From Candidatus Magasanikiibacteriota bacterium (GTDB lineage Bacteria > Patescibacteriota > Patescibacteriia > Magasanikbacterales > UBA922), in NCBI GenBank assembly GCA_018651085.1, contig JABIEQ010000002.1, forward strand, positions 87,783 to 151,782: 64,000 bases of DNA. Direction: 5' to 3'. The position numbers and the translations under genes are program-made. Shown piece by piece: positions 29,236 to 38,925 of this stretch (position 1 is its first letter; every line of letters starts with the position of its first letter). The notes beneath the pieces were generated by a model. The model saw only the letters and a list, made by a program, of their open reading frames with translations. It had not been told where the DNA came from and made no database searches.

Positions 29236-30531
29236 ATGCATACACACATTAAAGACATTTCAGCCTACGTCTCAAAAGAAGTAACTCTTAAGGGGTGGCT
29301 TCATAATAAACGTTCTAGCGGAAAGATTGCTTTTTTAGAAATTCGAGATGGATCTGGGTTTTTACAAATTATTGTAAACAAAAGTGATGTTGATGAAGCA
29401 ACTTGGGGGACCGTTGAGGCGTTGACGCAAGAATCATCATTCTCTGTTATCGGAGAAGTTTCTTCTCACCCTAAAAAAGAAGGGGTGTTTGAACTTCAAG
29501 CTAGAACAGTGCATGCAATTCATATTGCGACAGAATATCCAATTGGTAATAAAGATCATGGTCCTGACTTTTTGATGAATCATCGCCATCTTTGGGTTCG
29601 AAGTAAAAAACAATGGGCAACACTTCGTATTCGTGATGTGATTGAAACGGCTATTCATGACTACTTACACTCTGAAGCTTTTGTACGGACAGATTCTCCT
29701 ATTTTTACGCCAAGTGCTTGTGAAGATACAACAGAACTTTTCCCTGTACCGTATTTTGATTTAGGGGAAGCATATCTGTCTCAATCTGGGCAATTGTATC
29801 TTGAAGCTGTTATTGCTGGACTTGGACGGTGTTATGATTTTGGGCCAGTATTTCGTGCAGAAAAATCAGTGACTCGTCGTCATCTTACAGAATTTTGGAT
29901 GATGGATGCTGAAGCTGCATTTGTCGAGCATGACGAAAATATGGATACGCAAGAAGGATTAGTAAAAGCTATTGTAAAAATGTGTTTAGAACGATGTCAG
30001 GTAGAGTTTTCTATATTAGAAAGGGATACGAGTGCACTTCAAGGATTACTTGAAAAACCATTTGAACGATTGATGTATAAAGATGCCATTACCCGATTAC
30101 AATCATTAGGGTCAGACATTAAATTTGGGGAAGATCTTGGAAATGATGATGAAGGACTTCTTACAAAAGAGAGTCCTGTCCCAGTATTTATCCATAAGTG
30201 GCCAAAGGATATTAAGCCATTTTATATGAAGCGAGATGCGGAAGACGAAACACTTGTGTGTAATAATGATCTTATTGGTATTGAAGGTGCTGGAGAAATC
30301 ATTGGAGGATCTCAACGTGAAGATGACTATGATGTGTTAATGGCTCGTATTAAAGAAGATGGACTCGAAATTGAAGATTATGCCTGGTATAGTGAGCTTA
30401 GAAAATATGGATCAGTGCCTCATTCTGGGTTTGGATTAGGATTAGAACGGATGGTTCGTTGGATTGCAGGATCAGCACATATTCGTGAAACAATTCCATT
30501 TCCTCGATTAGTAAACCGTATTCGTCCATAA
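29236..30531 (+). CDS. asnS: Asparaginyl-tRNA synthetase (class IIb; an archaeal-type AspRS cannot be excluded)
   Basis: 431 aa, N-terminal anticodon-binding OB fold, class II motifs; tRNA-Asn immediately upstream; a bacterial-type aspS lies next door. Confidence 0.7.
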   Translation: MHTHIKDISAYVSKEVTLKGWLHNKRSSGKIAFLEIRDGSGFLQIIVNKSDVDEATWGTVEALTQESSFSVIGEVSSHPKKEGVFELQARTVHAIHIATEYPIGNKDHGPDFLMNHRHLWVRSKKQWATLRIRDVIETAIHDYLHSEAFVRTDSPIFTPSACEDTTELFPVPYFDLGEAYLSQSGQLYLEAVIAGLGRCYDFGPVFRAEKSVTRRHLTEFWMMDAEAAFVEHDENMDTQEGLVKAIVKMCLERCQVEFSILERDTSALQGLLEKPFERLMYKDAITRLQSLGSDIKFGEDLGNDDEGLLTKESPVPVFIHKWPKDIKPFYMKRDAEDETLVCNNDLIGIEGAGEIIGGSQREDDYDVLMARIKEDGLEIEDYAWYSELRKYGSVPHSGFGLGLERMVRWIAGSAHIRETIPFPRLVNRIRP

Positions 30532-30533
30532 GT

Positions 30534-31511
30534 ATGGGAAAAAAGAGAAAGCAAACCTCTTCAAAACTTGAATTTTTTTATGAACGACTGGCTACTATTG
30601 TAGGCCGGTCGTTTGTTCAGGATATTAAAAAAACATTCGTAGAAAAGCCAACAACTTTTCGAGTAAACACGTTGTTGTCTACAAGAAAAGATGTAGAAGA
30701 ATTATTAAAACAATCTGGATTTACCGTTCGTCGGGTTCCTTGGTACAGCGATGCGTTTATTTTACAAAATAAAAGTAAACGGGAATTAATGAATCATGTC
30801 CTTTTTGAAAAGGGATATATTTATGTGCAGAGTTTAGCGAGTATGGTTCCGCCAATTGTTTTGAATGCAAAACCAGGAGAGCGTGTGTTAGATCTTACTG
30901 CTGCACCAGGGAGTAAGACATCTCAGATTGCATCATATATGGAAAAGACAGGGGAGCTTGTTGCAAATGATAAAGATCAAGTTCGTTTTTTTAAATTAGA
31001 ACATAACATGAAAAAGCTTGGGGTTATTGATGAAGAAAAAGAAGATTGGAAGTTTACTCTTACAAATGAACCAGGTGAAAGATTATGCCGCGAGTATAAT
31101 GAATATTTTGATAAAATTCTTCTTGATGCGCCTTGTAGTGCAGAGTCAAGATTTATTGAAGGGAAGCCTAAAACGTATTCGTATTGGAGTGAAAAAAAAG
31201 TGGAAGAGCTTGCTCGTTTGCAGCGACGATTATTAAAGGCTGCTTGGAGTGCGCTTAAACCTGGTGGAATATTAGTGTATTCAACGTGTACCATGGCACC
31301 AGAAGAGAATGAGTTACAGATTTCGCGATTTATTTCTGAATGTGAAGATGAAGTAACATTGCTTCCAATTGCTATTGATGGATTGAGACGATTATCTTTA
31401 TTAAAAGATTGGCAAGAAAAAGGGAATAGTAAAAAGATGAAGCATATGCTTCGGATTATGCCAACAAAGGATATTGAAGGATTTTTCATTGTAAAGCTAC
31501 AGAAAGCTTAA
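30534..31511 (+). CDS. RsmB/NOP2/Sun-family RNA m5C methyltransferase
   Basis: LDLTAAPGSKTSQIA (SAM site), LLDAPCSAE and YSTCT catalytic Cys motifs. Confidence 0.8.
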   Translation: MGKKRKQTSSKLEFFYERLATIVGRSFVQDIKKTFVEKPTTFRVNTLLSTRKDVEELLKQSGFTVRRVPWYSDAFILQNKSKRELMNHVLFEKGYIYVQSLASMVPPIVLNAKPGERVLDLTAAPGSKTSQIASYMEKTGELVANDKDQVRFFKLEHNMKKLGVIDEEKEDWKFTLTNEPGERLCREYNEYFDKILLDAPCSAESRFIEGKPKTYSYWSEKKVEELARLQRRLLKAAWSALKPGGILVYSTCTMAPEENELQISRFISECEDEVTLLPIAIDGLRRLSLLKDWQEKGNSKKMKHMLRIMPTKDIEGFFIVKLQKA

Positions 31512-31615
31512 ATAATGGAAGGAAAGGACTTGTTTAAGCCATTTTTTGGCTTATTTAGGGGTTTGCAAAATGAATTCAGTATGGTAGTATATTCTTGTAA
31601 TTTAAGCGAAAAAAT

Positions 31616-33382
31616 ATGTATCGAACTCATACGTGTAATGCATTAAACACGACTCATGTCGGTCAGGAAGTAACCCTTTCTGGGTGGGTTCATAAACGGC
31701 GTGATTTGGGAGGACTTATTTTTGTTGATCTTCGTGATCGTTATGGGCTTACACAAGTAGTGTTTCATCCTGAAGACATTGCTGACTTTTCTGTGGTTGA
31801 AGGGTTGAAATATGAACATATTATTAAGGTTTCTGGGAAGGTTGTTGCGCGTGATACGAAGGCCGTGAATGATAAGCTCACGACAGGGAAAATTGAGCTT
31901 AGCGCAGTGAGCATTGATATTCTGTCGGCGACTAAACCTATGCCGTTTGAGATTTTTGAAACGGATAAGGGAGAAGAAGACGAAGAACTTCGGCTAAAAT
32001 ATCGATTTTTAGAATTACGACGGAAACGATTAAAAGAAAATATACTGTTTCGTAACAAAATGGAACAATATATTCATAAATACATGCAAGAGAGAGATTT
32101 TATTCATATCTCTACACCAATTTTAACAGTATCGTCTCCAGAAGGAGCAAGAGACTTTTTGGTTCCAAGTCGGATTCATCCTGGAAAGTTTTATGCGTTA
32201 CCTCAAGCACCACAGCAGTATAAACAGCTTTCAATGGTTGCTGGGTTTGATCGGTATTATCAGATTGCGCCATGTCTTCGAGATGAAGACCCGAGAGCCG
32301 ATCGTTCACCAGGAGAATTTTATCAACTTGATTGCGAAGTGAGTTTTATGACGCGTGATGAGTTTTTTGATCTCATGGAACCACTTTTTATTGAACTTAC
32401 AGAAAATGTTGCTGGGAAAACCGTCATGCAAAAACCGTTTCCTCGTATTCCATATAAGGAAGTTATGGAAACATATGGAAGTGATCGTCCAGACCTTCGC
32501 TTTGATTTAAAGATTTCGGATGTTACTGAGTGGGGGAAAGAAACTGATTTTAAAGTATTTCAATCAGCTGAACATGTTCGTGTCCTTGTTGTTCCAGGTG
32601 GGCATGAGTTTAGTCGTAAAGAAATTACGGATGAATTTGAAGATAAGGCTAAACGAGGCCATGCAAAAGGGTTAGCATGGATGAAGCATGTGGATGGTGC
32701 CTTTGATGGAGGTATCATGAAATTCTTTACTGAAACTCAGTTGCAACAACTGAAAGAACAAGTGTCACTTAGTGAAAATAGTATTCTCTTTTTTGTAGCT
32801 GATTCCTGGGATGTGTCTTGTAAAGCTCTTGGAGTTGTTCGAGAATATGTTGGAGAAAAAATGAAACTTGCTGATCCTAATATGATTGGGTGGGCGTGGG
32901 TTGTTGATTTTCCTTTTTATGAATGGAATGAAGAATATAAAAAAGTAGATTTTGGGCATAATCCATTTTCTATGCCACAAGGTGGTATGGATGCGCTTAT
33001 GAACCAAGATCCATTGATGATTCTTGCTGATCAATATGACATCATTGCAAACGGGTTAGAATTGTCTTCTGGTGCTGTTCGAAATAAAGATCCTGAAGTA
33101 ATGTATAAAGCCTTTGAAATTGCAGGGTATAAAAAAAGTGATGTTGATGATAAGTTTGGTCACATGATTCGTGCTTTTGAGTATGGTGCTCCACCTCATT
33201 GTGGGTTTGCGCCAGGTATTGAACGATTAGTGATGCTTCTTCGAGGTGAAAAGAACATTAGATCTGTTGTACCATTTCCAAAAAATCAAAAAGCAGAAGA
33301 GCCGATGGTGGGAAGCCCAAGTACGGTTGACGACGAACAACTCAAAGAACTTTCTATCAAGGTATCATTACCAAAAGCATAA
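31616..33382 (+). CDS. aspS: Aspartyl-tRNA synthetase, bacterial type
   Basis: 588 aa; MYRTHTCNAL...GWVHKRRDLGGLIFVDLRD; GAD insertion domain present. Confidence 0.93.
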   Translation: MYRTHTCNALNTTHVGQEVTLSGWVHKRRDLGGLIFVDLRDRYGLTQVVFHPEDIADFSVVEGLKYEHIIKVSGKVVARDTKAVNDKLTTGKIELSAVSIDILSATKPMPFEIFETDKGEEDEELRLKYRFLELRRKRLKENILFRNKMEQYIHKYMQERDFIHISTPILTVSSPEGARDFLVPSRIHPGKFYALPQAPQQYKQLSMVAGFDRYYQIAPCLRDEDPRADRSPGEFYQLDCEVSFMTRDEFFDLMEPLFIELTENVAGKTVMQKPFPRIPYKEVMETYGSDRPDLRFDLKISDVTEWGKETDFKVFQSAEHVRVLVVPGGHEFSRKEITDEFEDKAKRGHAKGLAWMKHVDGAFDGGIMKFFTETQLQQLKEQVSLSENSILFFVADSWDVSCKALGVVREYVGEKMKLADPNMIGWAWVVDFPFYEWNEEYKKVDFGHNPFSMPQGGMDALMNQDPLMILADQYDIIANGLELSSGAVRNKDPEVMYKAFEIAGYKKSDVDDKFGHMIRAFEYGAPPHCGFAPGIERLVMLLRGEKNIRSVVPFPKNQKAEEPMVGSPSTVDDEQLKELSIKVSLPKA

Positions 33383-33426
33383 TATATATAAAAGGGTGAG
33401 GTTCTCCTCATCCTTTTCTTCTTTTT

Positions 33427-35139
33427 ATGGATCTTCTTTATTCTGACATACAACACCTTGTTGCAATAAAATTGTGCTTTTTCTTGTTTTTGATATTTGC
33501 CATTGTTGGTATCTATAGAAAATGGCGTTTAGGGTACTTTGTAGGGCTTATAAGTCTTTTATCGGGTATTTCCTACCTTTTGCTCGTTCGAGGGCGTGAG
33601 CTCATGTTTTGGGGCCTTCATGGGGACGAGGTGACTATTGCCGCGATGTATACCATGGTGTCTAAAGGACCTGGTTTTGTGGATTTTGCGTATACGCATC
33701 TTCCTGCTTTTTATCCACCATTGTATTTTTGGGTATTTGGTTTTATTGGCCGTATGCTGTCGTTAAATGGTGTGCAGGTTGCTAAAATTGCTACGTTTTC
33801 TACTATTTTGTTTGTACCTATTATGTTGTATTTGGTGCAGGCCTGGTTTTGGAAAAAGAAAAAAGATGCAGGGATATTATTTACTCAAAAACTTTTATGG
33901 TTTTTATCTACGCTTTTGTTATTTGTAGTGATTGAGTGGGATGCCATTATTACAAAGCCATATCAATTTGTTTCCGCTGCTGGGATTATTATTTGGACAA
34001 CCATGTTGTTGTATTGGGTTCATAAGGAACGTCTTCGTCTTTTGAGTGGTATTGTGTTTGGAATTGTTGGTGGTCTTTTGTTTTTAACGTATTATTTTTG
34101 GTTTTTTCTTGCTGCTATTGGGATTACATTTTTTCATCTTTTTTATAAACGGGTTTCTTTTCGGGCGTATCTGTCTTTGTTTGGTGTTGGAGCGTTAACG
34201 CTCCTTGTTGGTTCTCCATTTTGGTGGCCACTTGCAAGGAGTTATCGAGCATTTGGTACAGAAAATTGGCAATTCGGGTATTTACTTGTTGAATGGCTTT
34301 CTACGCACGTCTCATTTTTCACCTTTTCGATTTCTTCGCTTGTTATGCTTTTTGGATTTGGTGTTCTTGTTTGGTATAGAAAACGTTTTTATTGCCGGGT
34401 GCTCTTGAGTTTATTTATTGCTTCATATGTGTGGCAAATAATGGGATTGTTTACGATTTTGTTTTTAGCGTCTCCCATGCAAGAAGCGAAAGGGTTTTAC
34501 TTTTTTAGTCGATCTGTTTTAGCTTTTGGCGCTGCGTATGGTATGACGCGTGTGTGGTTTTTCATTCGTCGTAAATATAAAGGGAATATCTTTATTTTAC
34601 GGACTATTCAGATTATTGCTATTTGTTTCTTAGCTACGCAGCTTCCGTTTGGATTTTTTATTGACGAACCACTTATCTATAATACCCGTGTAAGTGCTCG
34701 AGCACTTAATCCTGAAGTACGGTTGTTGATTGATTATCTAGACGATAAACACGTTGAAGATAGTGTTACTGTTCATAGTGGTATTACTGGTTTACATGCA
34801 TTTTTACCATTGAATACTTTTGTGTATTTTAATATGAATAATTCTCATCCTGCTGCATTGTTTTCTGAACGATTACTTGTGCTTGATGAATTATCTCGTG
34901 CAAAAACACCAGAAGAATTTTATACAATATCTCAAAATAATTATGTAGATACGATTGGTAGGTTTATTCTACGAAAAGACGAGGGAGAACAGTATCTTTT
35001 GTATTTTTTGATTGATAATTTTCCTCATGGTACAAAAGAGCATATTATTTCTTTTTCTAAAGATCTTATTTCTGACACACATTTTTCGTCAGTGTTTGAA
35101 ACAGAACATTTTGTGATATTTGAATCGAAGAATCTATGA
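33427..35139 (+). CDS. Polytopic GT-C-like membrane protein, paralog A (~13 TM plus a C-terminal soluble domain)
   Basis: 570 aa; WGLHGDEVTIAAMY acidic motif in the first loop; HLPAFYPPLYFW; clear paralogy to 41528-43246. Confidence 0.5.
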   Translation: MDLLYSDIQHLVAIKLCFFLFLIFAIVGIYRKWRLGYFVGLISLLSGISYLLLVRGRELMFWGLHGDEVTIAAMYTMVSKGPGFVDFAYTHLPAFYPPLYFWVFGFIGRMLSLNGVQVAKIATFSTILFVPIMLYLVQAWFWKKKKDAGILFTQKLLWFLSTLLLFVVIEWDAIITKPYQFVSAAGIIIWTTMLLYWVHKERLRLLSGIVFGIVGGLLFLTYYFWFFLAAIGITFFHLFYKRVSFRAYLSLFGVGALTLLVGSPFWWPLARSYRAFGTENWQFGYLLVEWLSTHVSFFTFSISSLVMLFGFGVLVWYRKRFYCRVLLSLFIASYVWQIMGLFTILFLASPMQEAKGFYFFSRSVLAFGAAYGMTRVWFFIRRKYKGNIFILRTIQIIAICFLATQLPFGFFIDEPLIYNTRVSARALNPEVRLLIDYLDDKHVEDSVTVHSGITGLHAFLPLNTFVYFNMNNSHPAALFSERLLVLDELSRAKTPEEFYTISQNNYVDTIGRFILRKDEGEQYLLYFLIDNFPHGTKEHIISFSKDLISDTHFSSVFETEHFVIFESKNL

Positions 35140-35900
35140 GTATGTTATCTGACAATTCTGTTGTTCTTATTATTCCTGTATATAATGGGGAAGAGTACTT
35201 GTTACGAACATGTGAAGAACTTGAAACGTACTTTGTAGAGCGACGTTATCTTAAAGAAATTATATTTGTTGACGACGGGAGTACTGATAATACCCATATT
35301 GCTTTAAAAAATAGTGTTCCTGCAGTATTAGCCTCTAGAGTGCGAGTACTCCATTATAAGAAAAATAGGGGAAAGGGATATGCAATTATGCATGCATTAT
35401 CTACGATTGACGATGCTGTTTCTTTTTTTGGCTTTACTGATGTTGAAATTCCATATGGATTGTCTTCTTTTGAAGAAGCCCTTTTTAAGCTTTTTGAATC
35501 AAAAGATATTGATGTTGTTATTGGAAATAGAAAACATAAAGATCAGACACAAGTGCAATATAGTTGGTATAGACAGTTTTGTACTCGTTTTTTTCGTTTA
35601 TTACTTCCTAAACCTATTCGTGCCATTTCAGATACACAAAGTGGGTTAAAGGTGTTTAAGGGAGATGTTGGACAAAAATTATTTTCATTAGTTCGAACAC
35701 ATCGTTGGGTGTTTGATATTGAGCTTCTGTTAGCTGTTGTTCGTGGTGGTTTTTCTTTTTATGAAATGCCCGTCTCTTTGAAGTCGTCGTGTCTCTCTCG
35801 TACTGGTGGTGTGTCTTTGTTTCGTCATGGTCCTCGAATCTTGTATGATATGATACGAATTTACTTATATGATAGAAAAAGCATATACAATTCTAAATAA
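35136..35900 (+). CDS. GT2-family glycosyltransferase (polyprenyl-phosphate sugar synthase-like, DPM1/GtrB type)
   Basis: VVLIIPVYNGEE...FVDDGSTDNT DXD-type GT2 N-terminus. Confidence 0.7.
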   Translation: MSMLSDNSVVLIIPVYNGEEYLLRTCEELETYFVERRYLKEIIFVDDGSTDNTHIALKNSVPAVLASRVRVLHYKKNRGKGYAIMHALSTIDDAVSFFGFTDVEIPYGLSSFEEALFKLFESKDIDVVIGNRKHKDQTQVQYSWYRQFCTRFFRLLLPKPIRAISDTQSGLKVFKGDVGQKLFSLVRTHRWVFDIELLLAVVRGGFSFYEMPVSLKSSCLSRTGGVSLFRHGPRILYDMIRIYLYDRKSIYNSK

Positions 35901-37542
35901 ATACGCGTCGATTATTGTTCCTGTTGGGCTTTTTTTGCTCATCTTCGCGGTATATTTCCCCCTTTTATCTATTGGGTTTTTTAGTGATGATTATCACATG
36001 CTTTCTGTTGTTTCTGACCAGGGGAGTGTATGGAAATATTGGATAACGAACCTTATTGGAGAGCGTGGAGGACACTCATATGGTCCAATATACAATATGG
36101 TGTTTACACTTGAATATTGGCTTTTTGGTTTACACAGTCTTGGGTATCATGTATTTACGTTGTTTTTTCATTTTATGAGTGCTTGTTTGGTGTTTTTCTT
36201 TGGAAGAGCATTAAGTAAACGAGTTTCTGTTGGGCTTGGTGCTGCTATTTTGTTTTCTATATTGCCTAATCATACGGAATCTCTTGCTTGGGTGTCTGTG
36301 CAACCGCATGTATTATCTACTTTGGGGTATCTTGGAGCACTATTAAGTTATTTCCTTTTTTTACAAAAACAGACAGTATTACGGTATATTGTGATGCTTG
36401 GTAGTGTGATATTTGCACTTTTTTCTAAAGATGCTGCATTGACGCTTCCAATTGCTCTTATATTAATGCATGTATTTTTTTCTCGACCTTCTTTTACAAA
36501 GGAATCCCTATATAGTTTTTTTCGTACCATATTGCCTGTTGTAGCTATTACTGGAGTGTATCTATTTTTGCGTACGTATACCACTCAAAGTGGAGGATAT
36601 TATGCTGGGGCACTTGATGTATCATTTTTCCCACTGCTTTCTATGTTTGTTGAGATTACGGTAAATATGTTTGTTGTGTATCCGGCGCGTATGATTGTTA
36701 CTCATTTTTTACCGACTACATTTGTTGTTCTTTTACTATTACCATTTTTTTTGTACTTTTTTATATTGTATACAAAACGTATACAAAAATCTGTGCGTAC
36801 GCCATTATGGTTTTTGTGTTGTTTGTATCCCGTTGTTCTTGCTCCGTTTTTGCTTCTTCAATATAACGTTCTTCATGACGGGGGTGAGCGATATGCCTAT
36901 CTTGGTTCATCAATATTTTTTATCCTTTTTTCGTATGTTATCTATACGTTTTTACGAAGATATATTAAACAATCATCTTTTCGTTTAGTGTATTTTGGTA
37001 TTTTCTTTTTATTCTTTCTTCTTTTTATTCCAATATCAATTTCTAAAAATATGAATTGGGAAGCTGCAGGAGATGTAAGAGATTCTATTTTTTCTTCTGA
37101 ACTAGTGGTATCATCTGACGATTATGTATTATTTGTAGGTATTCCTGACAACATAGATGGTGCAGAACTTTTTAGGAATGCTATTTTTGAATCTTTTTCT
37201 CTTGAAAATGATATGGATTTATCTGGTGAACGTTTACCTCTTTATACTCTTTTAGATAAGGATAGAGCTTTGTCTTTGGTTTTTGAAGAAGTGACACCTT
37301 ATGAATTTCTCCTTACCCCTCAAGAAAATGATGTTGATGATGTGGTGTTTACTGGGTTCCCTCACTATGATCATGCGTTTGGGTCTGCTGAATTAGGTGG
37401 ATTTGATTCTTTTGGGAGTGTTGGCCGGTCAATTCGTATTGTATTTGATGAAGAAAAGATTGAAGATGCATTTACCGGTGAGAGATCATTGGTTTTAGTG
37501 TATTTTTCAGATGGAGTATTTCAATCAGTGTCATTGTATTAA
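35869..37542 (+). CDS. GT-C-like polytopic membrane glycosyltransferase (PMT/ArnT/YfhO-like)
   Basis: 557 aa; FSDDYHM acidic motif in the first extracytoplasmic loop, 11 or more TM helices, C-terminal soluble domain. Confidence 0.45.
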   Translation: MIEKAYTILNKYASIIVPVGLFLLIFAVYFPLLSIGFFSDDYHMLSVVSDQGSVWKYWITNLIGERGGHSYGPIYNMVFTLEYWLFGLHSLGYHVFTLFFHFMSACLVFFFGRALSKRVSVGLGAAILFSILPNHTESLAWVSVQPHVLSTLGYLGALLSYFLFLQKQTVLRYIVMLGSVIFALFSKDAALTLPIALILMHVFFSRPSFTKESLYSFFRTILPVVAITGVYLFLRTYTTQSGGYYAGALDVSFFPLLSMFVEITVNMFVVYPARMIVTHFLPTTFVVLLLLPFFLYFFILYTKRIQKSVRTPLWFLCCLYPVVLAPFLLLQYNVLHDGGERYAYLGSSIFFILFSYVIYTFLRRYIKQSSFRLVYFGIFFLFFLLFIPISISKNMNWEAAGDVRDSIFSSELVVSSDDYVLFVGIPDNIDGAELFRNAIFESFSLENDMDLSGERLPLYTLLDKDRALSLVFEEVTPYEFLLTPQENDVDDVVFTGFPHYDHAFGSAELGGFDSFGSVGRSIRIVFDEEKIEDAFTGERSLVLVYFSDGVFQSVSLY

Positions 37543-37545
37543 CGT

Positions 37546-38919
37546 ATGTCTTCATTTTTTTCTTTTATTACAAAACATAAAGTATATACAGTGCTTCTTT
37601 TTTTATGTTTTATCCTTGGAGTAAGTATCCGTATTCATGATATACGAACATACAATCCTTGGTGGGCAGATGATGGAGGAGCACACGTTGCATATGTTAA
37701 TACTCTATTTAACGATCATGTGCTTCCTGACCCTTCTATAAATTATTTAGCGTGGCATGAACCTGGATATTATGCACTTAGCGCGGTATGGAAAGGAGTC
37801 GGCACATTGTTTGGTATTGAAAGTTTGGCCTTCGTCACAGCACTACAACTTATATTTTTTATTTTTCTATTTATTCTTGTCTGGCTGTTTACCTATTGGT
37901 ATAGCAAAAAAAATATTTGGCTTTCGTTATATGCTACGGGGCTTATAAGTGTTCTTTTTTCTTATGTGAAGGTGTCAACGTATATTACGAATGAGTTTTT
38001 AGTGCAAGTGGGCATTATTTTTGGCATTGCGGCTTTTTTATACTTTCGTCTTTATACATCTTCATCATATCTTCGGGTGAGTGTGTGGGCATTGTTTGTT
38101 GCCGGTTTATTACTTATAAAGGTGAGTGCTGTTCTTTTATTGTTTGGGGCTTGTGTGTTGTGGGGTATTAGAGCGATATCTAAAAAACAATGGTATCCAT
38201 TTTTATACATTGTTCTTACTATTTTTATTATTGGTGTGATTAATAGTCCTTGGCTTATGTATAAGCATCATACCTTTGGGGAGTCATTTTCTATTAATAG
38301 TCATGAATCTGTTAAGCAATCTGTTTTTACAAGTGATGCCTGGGAGTATATGTTTTCTTTTAATGGGCATGTTTTTTCTGATAACCCTTATTGGTTCTCT
38401 TTACCGTATTCATTTTCGAGTATTATAATTTCTGACACGTTTAGTGATTATTATAATTTGTTTCATGATGCTGATCGTTTAGCATTGTTACCAGAAAAAG
38501 ATAAGACACTACTTCCTAATAATAGATACACTACAGCAGTGCTTACCCATGCAACGCTTCGAATGAATCAGATTGGCTTAGGGATATTTGTATTATGGGT
38601 CATTGGTCTTTTTGGAACCCTCTATACTTCTGTTCGTTCTTATTATTTCTCAAAAAAGATCGATTATCGAACACTTTTTGTGTTTATTATGATTGGATCT
38701 GGTTGGGGTGCACTTATCTATAATAATCTTCGTCTGCCTTATCTTGATCGAGGAGTACTTAAGATTCATTTTGTATTGTTTGTTATCTTTTTGATGAGTA
38801 TGGTATCGTCGGTATGGTGGTGGAACATGCTTAAGGTTTGGTATTTTCGTGCTTTAGTGTTGTTTTTACCACTTTTTGTCTATACCGTCATAGGATGGTC
38901 TATTCTTTTTATGAAATAG
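37546..38919 (+). CDS. GT-C-like polytopic membrane protein
   Basis: 457 aa; NPWWADDGGAH motif in the first loop; multi-TM. Confidence 0.4.
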   Translation: MSSFFSFITKHKVYTVLLFLCFILGVSIRIHDIRTYNPWWADDGGAHVAYVNTLFNDHVLPDPSINYLAWHEPGYYALSAVWKGVGTLFGIESLAFVTALQLIFFIFLFILVWLFTYWYSKKNIWLSLYATGLISVLFSYVKVSTYITNEFLVQVGIIFGIAAFLYFRLYTSSSYLRVSVWALFVAGLLLIKVSAVLLLFGACVLWGIRAISKKQWYPFLYIVLTIFIIGVINSPWLMYKHHTFGESFSINSHESVKQSVFTSDAWEYMFSFNGHVFSDNPYWFSLPYSFSSIIISDTFSDYYNLFHDADRLALLPEKDKTLLPNNRYTTAVLTHATLRMNQIGLGIFVLWVIGLFGTLYTSVRSYYFSKKIDYRTLFVFIMIGSGWGALIYNNLRLPYLDRGVLKIHFVLFVIFLMSMVSSVWWWNMLKVWYFRALVLFLPLFVYTVIGWSILFMK

Positions 38920-38925
38920 GGTTGT

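Noticed and set aside
31531-31555. Possible terminator after the RsmB-like gene (aagcc-atttttt-ggctt)
   Set aside because: Short 5-bp stem and weak T-run; could equally be part of the aspS promoter region (TTTGCA-N17-TAGTAT at 31562-31590)
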